From Candidatus Latescibacterota bacterium (GTDB lineage: Bacteria; Latescibacterota; UBA2968; UBA8231), in NCBI GenBank assembly GCA_965261395.1, contig OZ253462.1, positions 352,001-416,000 of the forward strand: a stretch of 64,000 nucleotides of DNA. Direction: 5' to 3'. Position 1 is the first letter of the stretch. The number at the start of each line of letters is the position of its first letter. Positions 36,473-45,830 of this stretch are shown piece by piece. Under the pieces are notes generated by a model. It ran no database searches. It saw only the letters and a list, made by a program, of their open reading frames with translations, and was not told the DNA's origin. The translations under genes were made by a program, and so were the position numbers.

Positions 36473-38758
36473 TCAATACGCTACCCCGACAAGCCCCACC
36501 CGCTTCTCCTCTCCGGTCCCCGCATCCAAAGCGACAGCAAAGATATAGTGGCCCGGCGGCACCGCGTTGTCCCCATCGTCGCGCCCGTCCCAGAAGCGGG
36601 GGAATCGACCGCTCATATCCAAGCCTTCGTAGAGGTTGCGGATCAGCCGGCCACTCAAATCGTAGATCCTGAGCCGCACCCGGGTCGGGTGGGCTATATT
36701 GGTAATATCATAAGTAATGGCCGCCCGCTCGTTGACCCCGTCGCCATTGGGGGTAAAAACGCTGGGGGAGGCCGCCACATTCACTAGTAGTTCGTCGGTG
36801 ATCGGCACGTTGACAAAGAGGTTTTCTGGATCGAGGGTGCCCACGGCTTTGCGGTCGGGATCATCCATGCCCTCCCGGCTCAAATCCGCGGCATTACCGG
36901 CCAACACCACTTGACCCAGCACCTCGTTGTCGGCTGTGAGCGCCCGGCCGGCAAAGCGAGTTCCTAGGCGCAGGACCGTATTTTCAAATTCTAAGGTCAA
37001 GAGTACCCCATTCTCCTCAATCCGCGGAAAGGCCATGACAAAGCCGTCGTCGCGCACTGCCACCACGCTAAAGCCATTCTGCTCGACCGGTAGCGCTGCA
37101 AGGGACAAGCCGGAAAAATCCGCAGTTTCCGCCGTGCCGTCAGGCCGGCGTATTTCCACTCGGCCCATCGACTCCGTGCGCAGCGGTGTGCTGATTTCAA
37201 AGCGGTCAAAGCCCGCATTCTGGGGAGTGGATTTGACCAGTACGCCATACGTGAAGCGGGTGGCTTGGCCTAAGATGGCGGTGCGGGGCAGAATCTCGGC
37301 GATGAGGGAGTCGGCGAAGACGGGCTGGAAAACATCCCAAGCCATCCCGCCGATGCCAGTAGCCGCATCGACATCGGCGTTGAAGAATTCGATCATAACT
37401 TGAAAATAGCGCCGCGGGCTAGGCGATACGATCAGCGTCCCCGATCCCTGCACCTGAAGTTGGTCTGGGACGACAATTCCCTCGGGCGAATAGGGAGGGG
37501 ACCAAGGGCTCCAATTGGTGAGGTCTTCGCGAATCACCGATTTTTGGTCGCTCGCCAACTTGTTGTAGTCCGCCTCGTCGAGGGTGATCTGGGACCGCTG
37601 TTCAAAAGGCAACTGGCCAAAGGTCAAAAGCGCCTCGCGCCCGTCCATCTCTTCGTTGTCGAGGAGGTTGGCGATCAGGCTGTTGAGTTCGCTGTCTTCT
37701 ACATCTTCGGCCTTCTTCCAAGGCGCGTCGATGGGGATGTCAAAAACGGTATCGCCCCGCTGTTCAAGTCGGCCAGAGGATTGCTTGCCGATCCGGGTGA
37801 ACTCGACCGGCTGGGGATCGCCCCCAGTGCGGGTGCGGATCTGCACCCTAGAGCGGGTTGGATCGCCCACCTGCTCTTCAACCCAGCGCAAACGGCCCAA
37901 AAGCGCCCGGTCGCCAAAATCGAATACATTGGAAATGTACACGGCCTGCGGCACAAAGCCCTCGCTGAACACTTGGAACTCGGCGATCTCAAAGTCCGCA
38001 GCCGTCAGAGACTTGAGCCGCAAAAAGCGCACGAAGCGGGTGGGGATTCGCACATCCACCACCGCTTCTTGGTTCTGCCCCTCAAAGGCGACAGTCTCCC
38101 AGATCAGACTGCCCTCGCGGCGCGATTCGGGTTGGCCGTCATTGACGAAAATTTCGTAGCCCTTCAAAAAGTCGTCTTGGGACTGGAAATCGGGAGCTGG
38201 AAAGGCCGGATCGGCGTTGCGCGGAAAAAACTTGAACCGATTGATGCCAAAGATGGCCCCCAAGTCGAATTCGATGAGCAGGCCAAAAGCCCCGGTACCC
38301 CCCGTGCCCGAGGATTGCAGCGCTAAGGCGGTATTTCCGTCGTCGTCGAACATCTGGGGAAAGTCGGCTTCTAGAAAGCGGAAGGAGGGGATGGGCGTGA
38401 TGACGCTGCCACCGCGCTCCTTCGAGTTGACGCCGATCAATATGTTGTCCGTCGTATCGGCCTGCTGCGGGAAGATCCAATGGGCGCGCTCAAAGGGAGC
38501 AAAGTCGATGACGCCGCCGGGCGCGTTGGATTGATCGACAGTCGCCGGGCCGAGGATTACCGTAGCCGGGATCTCCCCGCCACCACTCTCCCAAGACAAC
38601 CCACCCTCGCCCCCCAGTTGGACGACCTCGATTTGGGCACCAACCGGTGCCTGATAACTCAATCCTCCGAGAATAGAGAACAGGAGCAGAGCCCTAAGCG
38701 CGATCCGTCGTCGCCTGTGGTCCTTTTGACCTGCCTGGGATTGTAGCATGGTTGGCAT
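36473..38758 (-). CDS. Secreted protein with C-terminal TPNGDG/FlgD-Ig domain (subtype A)
   Basis: VGA|QIEVVQLGGEGGLSW; SNVFDFG..W..RTRTG; WSPWSPPY..SPSPRRYFQ; SPSVFTPNGDGVNE..WDGRDD..PPGHY..GVAY*. The start is uncertain (38749, 38758 or 38827). Confidence 0.8.
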   Translation of the reverse strand: MPTMLQSQAGQKDHRRRRIALRALLLFSILGGLSYQAPVGAQIEVVQLGGEGGLSWESGGGEIPATVILGPATVDQSNAPGGVIDFAPFERAHWIFPQQADTTDNILIGVNSKERGGSVITPIPSFRFLEADFPQMFDDDGNTALALQSSGTGGTGAFGLLIEFDLGAIFGINRFKFFPRNADPAFPAPDFQSQDDFLKGYEIFVNDGQPESRREGSLIWETVAFEGQNQEAVVDVRIPTRFVRFLRLKSLTAADFEIAEFQVFSEGFVPQAVYISNVFDFGDRALLGRLRWVEEQVGDPTRSRVQIRTRTGGDPQPVEFTRIGKQSSGRLEQRGDTVFDIPIDAPWKKAEDVEDSELNSLIANLLDNEEMDGREALLTFGQLPFEQRSQITLDEADYNKLASDQKSVIREDLTNWSPWSPPYSPEGIVVPDQLQVQGSGTLIVSPSPRRYFQVMIEFFNADVDAATGIGGMAWDVFQPVFADSLIAEILPRTAILGQATRFTYGVLVKSTPQNAGFDRFEISTPLRTESMGRVEIRRPDGTAETADFSGLSLAALPVEQNGFSVVAVRDDGFVMAFPRIEENGVLLTLEFENTVLRLGTRFAGRALTADNEVLGQVVLAGNAADLSREGMDDPDRKAVGTLDPENLFVNVPITDELLVNVAASPSVFTPNGDGVNERAAITYDITNIAHPTRVRLRIYDLSGRLIRNLYEGLDMSGRFPRFWDGRDDGDNAVPPGHYIFAVALDAGTGEEKRVGLVGVAY

Positions 38759-38847
38759 ATCTTCTAACTCGACTCCTCTGGGCCAAGGCAAGTAACTGTA
38801 TGAAATACAAAAAGACACAGCAACCAAAATCCGTCAACGCATAGCCG

Positions 38848-40553
38848 CTAGGGTTGGTTGGCTTCAATCCGGGTCTCGCCCATAAACCCACCGGCGATCA
38901 AACGTTCCGCTAGGGCCTTAGCCGCGCTACTCGGCAAGTTTCTATTGGCCCTAATGCCTAGCCGACCACCTACTCTTTCTAGCATTGCCAAGCCCGCCAA
39001 ACTCTGCAATTTCTCGTTAAATTGGACAAATAAATGGCCTTCGATGGTCCTGAGTTCGCCTAATCCAGCCGCGCTGATCAAGGCACCGTTCCGCTCCAAG
39101 AGCAGGTTCCCGCGCACCACTTTGAGGGCCTGCAATCCGCTTAGCGTCTTTAGTGCGTTGTTATTGCGGATAATCAGATCGCCTCCTAGGCGGGATAGGG
39201 CACCCAAGCCCTCGACGCTAGCCAACGCCTCGTTGCCTTCGAGCAGTAGTCCATCCTCCACGATTTTGAGGCGGCGCAAGCCCTGCAAATCGACCAGCAA
39301 CCCATTGCCAACAATCGCCAGTTTACCCCCGACGCTTTCCACCTTGTGCAGCCCCTCCAACGTCGTCAGTGAAGGATTGTTCTCAACCCGCAGAAACTCA
39401 TCTACGATGCCCAAACGGCGCAGCCCAACCAGATCAGTCAGGGCACCATTGCCGAAGATGGATAGGATTCCCCTTATCCGGCTCAGGCGGTGCAGCCCTG
39501 CCAAACTGATCAGCGCTCCATTATCGACGATCAGCAAATCCCCGCCGACGTAGTCTAGACGGCGCAGACCCGCCAAACTTTGCAGCGCGCTATTGCCGAT
39601 GATCAAGAGGAGTCCCTCAATGCGGGCCAAGCCGGCCAAGCCCTCGAGATCGGGCAGAACGCTATTGGCCTGAATCAGCAAATCGCCCCAATGCTCTGGC
39701 ACCCGGCCAAGCCCGCCAAAGATACCAGCGCATCGTTTTTCTCGACTCTCAGACTACCCCCGATCTGGCGCAGGCTACCCAAGCTCGCCAAACGCTCCAA
39801 ACGGGGGTTGCCGATTACCAACACATTCCCAGCGACGCGCGCGAGTTGCTCTAGGCCCGCTAGCTCGACCAAGGCTCTATTTTTCCTAATCCGCAAAAAA
39901 CCGCCCACGTCTTCCAATCGCCGCAGTCCCCCCAAGGCTTGCAACGCCCGATTGCGCTCTATAGCCAACCCGCCCTTTAGGCGTTTGATTCCCTCTAGGC
40001 CGACCAGGCTTTTTAGCGATCCATTGCCGACGACGAGTACCTGCCCCTCTATCGCCTCCAATCGCTCCAGCCCCTCAATGCGGACGAGTTGGCGATTGAA
40101 TTGAATCCTGAGCGACCCGCCCATACGACTAACCCGACGCAACCCCCTCAGACCCACCAAGGCATCGTTGCGCTCGACTATTAAGCTGCCCCCCAATTCC
40201 TCCAGAGACCGCAATCCCTCCAAATCCACGAGTTTGGGGTTGCGCCGGATCCTCAGACTGCCCCCAATCCGCTTTACGTGGTGCAGGCCCGCCAAACTTT
40301 CCAACGAGTCACTATGCTCAATGCTCAGATCGCCTCCTATATACTCGAGTCGCTCCAACCCGTGCAGCGTTTTCAGTTGGTCGCTCTGCACGAGCAAATG
40401 TCCTTCAATAGACCGGGTCGTCAAAGCACCTAGGTCGGCTGCCGAATCAATGACCAATCCTTCTGCTGGTTTGTTCGACTCAGTCGCTTTTATCGGGCCA
40501 ACACTCCAACACAACACCCCAATCAGCGGTGCGAGCAGGGCGCTGTGATTCAT
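38848..40553 (-). pseudogene. Receptor-L-domain-like leucine-rich repeat protein split by a 1-nt frameshift at 39686-39689
   Basis: Both ORFs (39675-40553 and 38848-39702) carry the same repeat. Adding one G to the G4 run restores CQSIGGDLLIQANS, matching the repeat consensus. Confidence 0.85.
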
Positions 40554-40573
40554 TATGTGGTCCCTAGGCTAAA

Positions 40574-40598
40574 GTTTCCCCGCTCAAAGCGGGGGAAC
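40574..40598 (-). terminator. Intergenic hairpin, possible terminator
   Basis: Minus strand reads GTTCCCCCGCT-TTG-AGCGGGGAAAC then TTT, directly after the stop at 40605. Confidence 0.5.
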
Positions 40599-40604
40599 GC
40601 AAAG

Positions 40605-41484
40605 TCAATGAGTAGGTTGGACTACCCGTACAATCTGATTGGAGTCAATAGCGGCCAACGTCTGAACTTGGCCATCGGGCCAGCGAATCGTTATATCCGC
40701 CTTCGTCGCCTGACCGAGGCCAAAATGAAGGCGGGGATCGTGGCCGGATAGATAGCTCCCCCCGGACTGGCGCTCCCGCACCTGACGCGCACCGCCAGCC
40801 GTAACGGTGACGCGGGCACCCAACGCATCCCGCTGACCGGCACCGACCAAGAGGAGCTCGATCCAGTGCTGGCGATTGCCCCCATCGTTGCGCAACAGGC
40901 GCGGCCGGCCGGCCACAGTGGTCGCCAGTAGATCCAGATCGCCGTCGTTGTCAAAATCGGCCGCCGCCGCGCCGCGAACCGCGCGCTCAACGACAAAGTC
41001 GGTGCCCAGTTGATCGGAGACCTCTTCAAAATGAGCACCGTCTTGGTTGCGCAGCATAAGGTCGGGCTGGGCGTAGCGGAGGTCGGCGTCGAGTTGCTCG
41101 ATATTATCCACCACGTGCCCGTTGCCGACAAATAAATCGAGGTCGCCATCGTTGTCGTAGTCCATGAATTTGGTCCCGAACCCCAAGGACAGATAACTGG
41201 GTGCCCCCAAGCCGAGGTGGGCGGTAAAATCGGCAAAGCGCCCCCGGCCATCGTTCCAGTAGAGGGTGTTGGTTTCGCGCGAGTAATTGGTTACGAAAAG
41301 ATCGGCGTACCCGTCGTTGTCAAAATCGCCGAAGTCCACCCCCATACCGGCTTCGGCGTGCCCATCTTCATTTATAGTGCTGGAAATCAATCCCGGCTTC
41401 TTGGGCGACTTCCCGGTATCGCACCTGCGCCTCTGCCGCGACCACACAAGCGCACAAGATGGACAATCCTACGTATCTTCTCAT
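40605..41484 (-). pseudogene. CRTAC1-family protein with internal deletion plus frameshift near 41372
   Basis: ATG 41484 gives MRRYVGLSILCACVVAAEA|QVRYREVAQEAGIDFQHYK*. The C-half NEDGHAEAGMGVDFGD..YLSGHDPRLHFGLG resumes in another frame. Confidence 0.85.
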
Positions 41485-41544
41485 ATACTAATTGCTCGGT
41501 TTATTTGACCGACAATCTAACCGCATCAACAAACCGGGACACTC

Positions 41545-43101
41545 GTGCATTTGTACCTAAAAAACGGGCGATCAATAGCCCGCTTTCACCTGCCCTTACA
41601 AAAGGCCTTGGCTTGGCTCACGGCCACCTTTTGTCTCCTCCTCTGTGCCTGTGGCCCCAAGGAGCGCGACCCCTTGGTCAACGCCGGGATGTACGCCTTG
41701 GCTCAGGAGCGCTACAGCGAAGCCATCGTCGCCTTTCACAAGGCGCTGGCCTCACACCCCGACGATCACGAGGTTCACCACTACCTCGCCCGCTCTTATT
41801 TAGCACTGGGCAAATTTCCCCAAGCTCTGCGCGCGATCGAACACGCGATTGAACTAGCCCCGCAAAAAAACCAGACGCGCGCCGAATTGTACGAAATCCT
41901 CGGCATCATCCACACGGCCCGATACACCTCCAGAGCGTATAGCCAAGACCATTACCGCGATGTCGAAGCAGCGCGAGCCGCCTTTGAGCAATCGACCGCG
42001 CTCGATCCCCACCGAGCAACGGCGTACTACAACCTGGGCTTATTGCACGGCTATCGCAAAGAAGTAGATCAGGCCCAAGCAGCGTACACTGCGGCCTTGG
42101 AGGCGGATTCCACCTTGGCGCCGGCCTACAAGAAATTGGGCAAAATCCACCGCGAAAAGGGGTTTCCGCCCGAGGCGGCTGGGGCCTTCAAAAAAGCGGT
42201 GCGCTTCGACCCGCAGGACGCCGAAGCGCACTTTCTCTTGGGACTAGCTCATCGCGATATGGGCGACAATGAGGCGGCTTTGCAGGCACTACTCAAGGCC
42301 ACCGAGCTCAACCCCGACTCGCCCAAGCTCCGCCTCAACCTCGGCAATATCTATCTCCGCCTAGGTCGCCGCGAAGAGGGCAAGCGGGAAATGGCGCGTT
42401 CCGAAAGCCTGCGCCAGCAGCATCGGGGCCTGCACTCCGAAATCTCCCCGCCGACGCACAAATCGCTCCCCATCGGCTCGGCGCGGGATCGCTACAATAT
42501 GGGTTTGAAGCACCAGATGGTCGGCGAAACCGACCAAGCGCTGTTAGAGTTTCGTCGCGCAGTCGAAATCAAACCCGATCACAAAGACGCCCATATCGGC
42601 CTCGGCCTCCTCCTCGCCGAACAAGGCCGGCACAAACTGGCGGCCCGATATTTCCAGCGGGCTATTGAGCTAGATCCAGAAAATCCCGTTCTCTACGTGC
42701 ATCTAGGCAATGCTCTCCATCAATCGGGATTACTCGAAAGGGCGGCCCAAACCTTGGCCAAGGCGAGCCAACTCGACACCGCCCTCGTCGAGCCTCCCTA
42801 TTCGCTCGGTTTGATCGCCGCCCAGAAGCGCCAGTTCAAAGAAGCTACGCGATTTTTCGCCCAAGCCACGGCCCTCGCCCCCCAATACGCCAAGGCCCAC
42901 TTCAACCTAGGGGTAGCCCATGCTCAGCTCGGAGACTTTGCTGCGGCCCGCACCGCCTACCAACGCTTTGTCGAGTTGGAGCCCGGAGATGGGCGCGGGC
43001 ACCTCTACTTGGGCGATGCCTGCGAAGCACTCGGTCTGCTCGCAGAGAGTCAAAAGCATCGAGCGCGTGGTCAGCAGCTTTTAGAACCGGACGAACGCTA
43101 G
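41545..43101 (+). CDS. Multi-TPR repeat protein, probable lipoprotein
   Basis: LLCAC lipobox; repeated AYYNLG/AHFNLG TPR motifs; start uncertain. Confidence 0.85.
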   Translation: MHLYLKNGRSIARFHLPLQKALAWLTATFCLLLCACGPKERDPLVNAGMYALAQERYSEAIVAFHKALASHPDDHEVHHYLARSYLALGKFPQALRAIEHAIELAPQKNQTRAELYEILGIIHTARYTSRAYSQDHYRDVEAARAAFEQSTALDPHRATAYYNLGLLHGYRKEVDQAQAAYTAALEADSTLAPAYKKLGKIHREKGFPPEAAGAFKKAVRFDPQDAEAHFLLGLAHRDMGDNEAALQALLKATELNPDSPKLRLNLGNIYLRLGRREEGKREMARSESLRQQHRGLHSEISPPTHKSLPIGSARDRYNMGLKHQMVGETDQALLEFRRAVEIKPDHKDAHIGLGLLLAEQGRHKLAARYFQRAIELDPENPVLYVHLGNALHQSGLLERAAQTLAKASQLDTALVEPPYSLGLIAAQKRQFKEATRFFAQATALAPQYAKAHFNLGVAHAQLGDFAAARTAYQRFVELEPGDGRGHLYLGDACEALGLLAESQKHRARGQQLLEPDER

Positions 43102-45686
43102 TAGGCCACGGCCAGGGTGCGGACTAATTCCTCTTGGCGCAATTCAGCTCCCGACGTATTGGCATCCAGTCGCAAATGCATTACGTACACCCCCGGCGGC
43201 ACGAGCGTTCCCTTTTCGTTCCTTCCGTCCCACCTCATTTCGTACATTCCCGAGGCAAAATCCCGCTGCTCGGCTAGCTGGCGCACCAAGCGGCCCTGCA
43301 AATCGTAGATAGTCGCCTCAACCCGCTGACTGCCCTCCACCAGCACCACTGAAAAGCGCAACGCCACCTCGTCGTTGACCCCATCCCCATTCGGCGTCAA
43401 TACCGCTGGCTCGACCACTAAATCCGCAAAAATCGAGCGACGCTGCGGCTGCCCCACCACCAAGAGCCGATTGCTATCGACAGTCCCCACAGCATCCCCT
43501 GGATCGACGCGCTGCCAGATCCCCTCCCCATCTTCTCCTCGTCGTAGCTGCACTTTTAGAGGTCCACCGCGGGAAAACAGACGCCCCGCAAAGTCTATCC
43601 GCAGCACGGCCACCTCACTCCCCGGCTCCATCGGGGCAAAGGACACATGCACCCGGTCCGCCGCTGCGGCCAACACCTCCGCCGCCAATGGTGAAAAATC
43701 CTCCCCGTCCGCACTCCCCAACAACCCTTCGTACGTCAGCTCCATGCCCGCCGGTGCTTCCAACAACAACTCGTTGAACCCCCTATCTCCTGCGCCAAAC
43801 TCGGGTCGCACATACACCGAAAAAGGGGCCTCGACCCCCAACCGATCCACCTGATTGGGCACCGCCTCCCCCAAGAGCCGCCGCGCCACCGGCTCGGCGA
43901 AGTGCAGCCGCAGCCCTGACAACCTCGCCGCCACATCCGGTACGGCCGAACGCAACGTCGCCCGCACCTTGAGAAACTCCCGCGGCGACGGCGAAGTGAT
44001 GGGACTACCTTCCGGCTCGTCGTAGGGCACACTCCACGGCTCCCAGTCTGCGCCAGCGACTTCCACGGACACAGTCTCGCCGCGAAAAATGCTCAATAGT
44101 TTGTTGTAGGCCGCTTCGGAGATTTCGGTCCCATCCTTTTTGAAGTAGTGCACGATCTCGCCCAAGGTGTCGCCGGTGCGAGTCTGAAGCTGCACCTCGG
44201 TGCCGGGAGGAGTGTGAGCGTCCCACTCGAGGGAGACCAAGTTGCGGCTACCCCCCAACCGGATCAGGTCCGACTCGAGCTGCACCTCTGGCAAAAACCC
44301 CTCGCCAAAAAGTTGTATCTCGCTCAACCTGGTAGCGCTCCGGTTGGGCCGGCGCACGTGTTCTACTTCAAACACCAAGCGAAAAAAGCGCCCCTTTATC
44401 GGGTCGAAGTCATTGCCATCGACGGTGAGGCCCCCCGCGACGCTCCGCTTTACTTGCTCGCGCCGCACGGCAGTGTCCCACTTGAGTCCCCCGTCCACCT
44501 CCCGCGAACCGTCCGAAAATTCCAACCGATGGTTCCCAAGGGCGTACTCTACGAAACTCATCCTGTGGCTATGGACCCAGAAGAACGAGCCCAAGTCAAT
44601 GAACAACTCGTCCTCTAACCGATTCTCGATGTTGAATAGGGGCAACCCCTCTACGCTGGTCACATCACCGTCGATCATCAATTGAGGATTGATACTGCCG
44701 GGCACCGTAGTAGAAATGGAGCCATTGCGCCGCAAGGCCCCACTGGCCAAATCGTCGCCTTGGGTCCAGACTTCGAGTTCGGCCAACCGGGGCCGCTCGC
44801 GCCGAAAGTAGCGTATCGCCCCCCGCCGCTGAGGATCGAGGGCCTCGTACACTGCCTGTTTGACCACGATCTCCCGCCCGTCGACTTGGCGCTTGCTATA
44901 TTCGATAATTCCTCGGTCTTCAGAAGGTAGCTGATCGTATTCCTCTGGGGAGACTTCTCGGCCGCGGCCAAAATCGCTGGCCTGCACCACCACTTGGACA
45001 AAGCGTCCCACAGCCCGGCGCTGGTCGAGCCCCACAGGGTCGAGTTCGACCTCAAAGGTTCGCTGGCTTTTGTTGGGTTTTAGCGTCTGTAGCACTGGAA
45101 AGAACTCGATGCTTGACCCGCCGATTGCCTGTACTGGCTTCTGCCCGTCCGACACCAGTACATCAAATAAAAGAAAGGGATCGCCCATTCCCTCCTCGAC
45201 GAATCTCAGCGCGATTTTGTTGATGAAGACAACGCGGCCCAAATCCACGGTAAACCACCACTGAGACGACAGCTCTACATTCTCAGCGACCGGATCAGGT
45301 TCCCAGTACGTGGTCATATCGCCATCTAGGGCGGCGACGACCCCTGCGCGGTTGGAGCCACCCTGAATGGCGTCGAGGAGGACGATGGCTTCAGGCTCTT
45401 TCTTGGAGAGGTAATCTGGCGGGTTATAGCGCAGAAAATCGACGATGTCCAGCGCGGCGTTGGTGTTTTTGCGGACGCGATTGGGCTGCACCTCTCCGAG
45501 GGGGGAAATCTGGATAGTACCGGGCGCAAATTTCCAGTGGTCCCAGTGGTCAGGTCCGACGACGACTTGGTTCGCACTGCGGTCGATCCGATGACCTGCT
45601 TGAGCCAGCAAATTCTCGGCCCCATTCGACCACAGCACTGCGCTGACCACCACAAATCGCGAGAAGAGTTTCGTGCGGATATTCAT
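43098..45686 (-). CDS. Secreted protein with discoidin-like domains and C-terminal TPNGDG/FlgD-Ig domain (subtype B)
   Basis: LLA|Q; DGDMTTYWEPD..WWFTVDLGR; SDLIRLG..QTRTG; SPSPREF; PAVLTPNGDGVND..WDGRNE..PPGVY..AVAY*. Confidence 0.8.
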   Translation of the reverse strand: MNIRTKLFSRFVVVSAVLWSNGAENLLAQAGHRIDRSANQVVVGPDHWDHWKFAPGTIQISPLGEVQPNRVRKNTNAALDIVDFLRYNPPDYLSKKEPEAIVLLDAIQGGSNRAGVVAALDGDMTTYWEPDPVAENVELSSQWWFTVDLGRVVFINKIALRFVEEGMGDPFLLFDVLVSDGQKPVQAIGGSSIEFFPVLQTLKPNKSQRTFEVELDPVGLDQRRAVGRFVQVVVQASDFGRGREVSPEEYDQLPSEDRGIIEYSKRQVDGREIVVKQAVYEALDPQRRGAIRYFRRERPRLAELEVWTQGDDLASGALRRNGSISTTVPGSINPQLMIDGDVTSVEGLPLFNIENRLEDELFIDLGSFFWVHSHRMSFVEYALGNHRLEFSDGSREVDGGLKWDTAVRREQVKRSVAGGLTVDGNDFDPIKGRFFRLVFEVEHVRRPNRSATRLSEIQLFGEGFLPEVQLESDLIRLGGSRNLVSLEWDAHTPPGTEVQLQTRTGDTLGEIVHYFKKDGTEISEAAYNKLLSIFRGETVSVEVAGADWEPWSVPYDEPEGSPITSPSPREFLKVRATLRSAVPDVAARLSGLRLHFAEPVARRLLGEAVPNQVDRLGVEAPFSVYVRPEFGAGDRGFNELLLEAPAGMELTYEGLLGSADGEDFSPLAAEVLAAAADRVHVSFAPMEPGSEVAVLRIDFAGRLFSRGGPLKVQLRRGEDGEGIWQRVDPGDAVGTVDSNRLLVVGQPQRRSIFADLVVEPAVLTPNGDGVNDEVALRFSVVLVEGSQRVEATIYDLQGRLVRQLAEQRDFASGMYEMRWDGRNEKGTLVPPGVYVMHLRLDANTSGAELRQEELVRTLAVAY

Positions 45687-45830
45687 CGGGGGCACCTTTC
45701 AAAACCGTGGCAAATCCGAGTTCTAAGGGTCCATATTTGGAAAATCTAACGCCCCTTTGGTCGAGGAACAACATTTGCCTATCCTATGTGGACGCATAGA
45801 GGACTTGGCAAATCTAAAGTAAGGAACGCG

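Noticed and set aside
38858-40548. Long antisense ORFs over the L-domain and FlgD-Ig genes
   Set aside because: These are expected shadows of GC-rich repetitive coding sequence, with no recognisable motifs.
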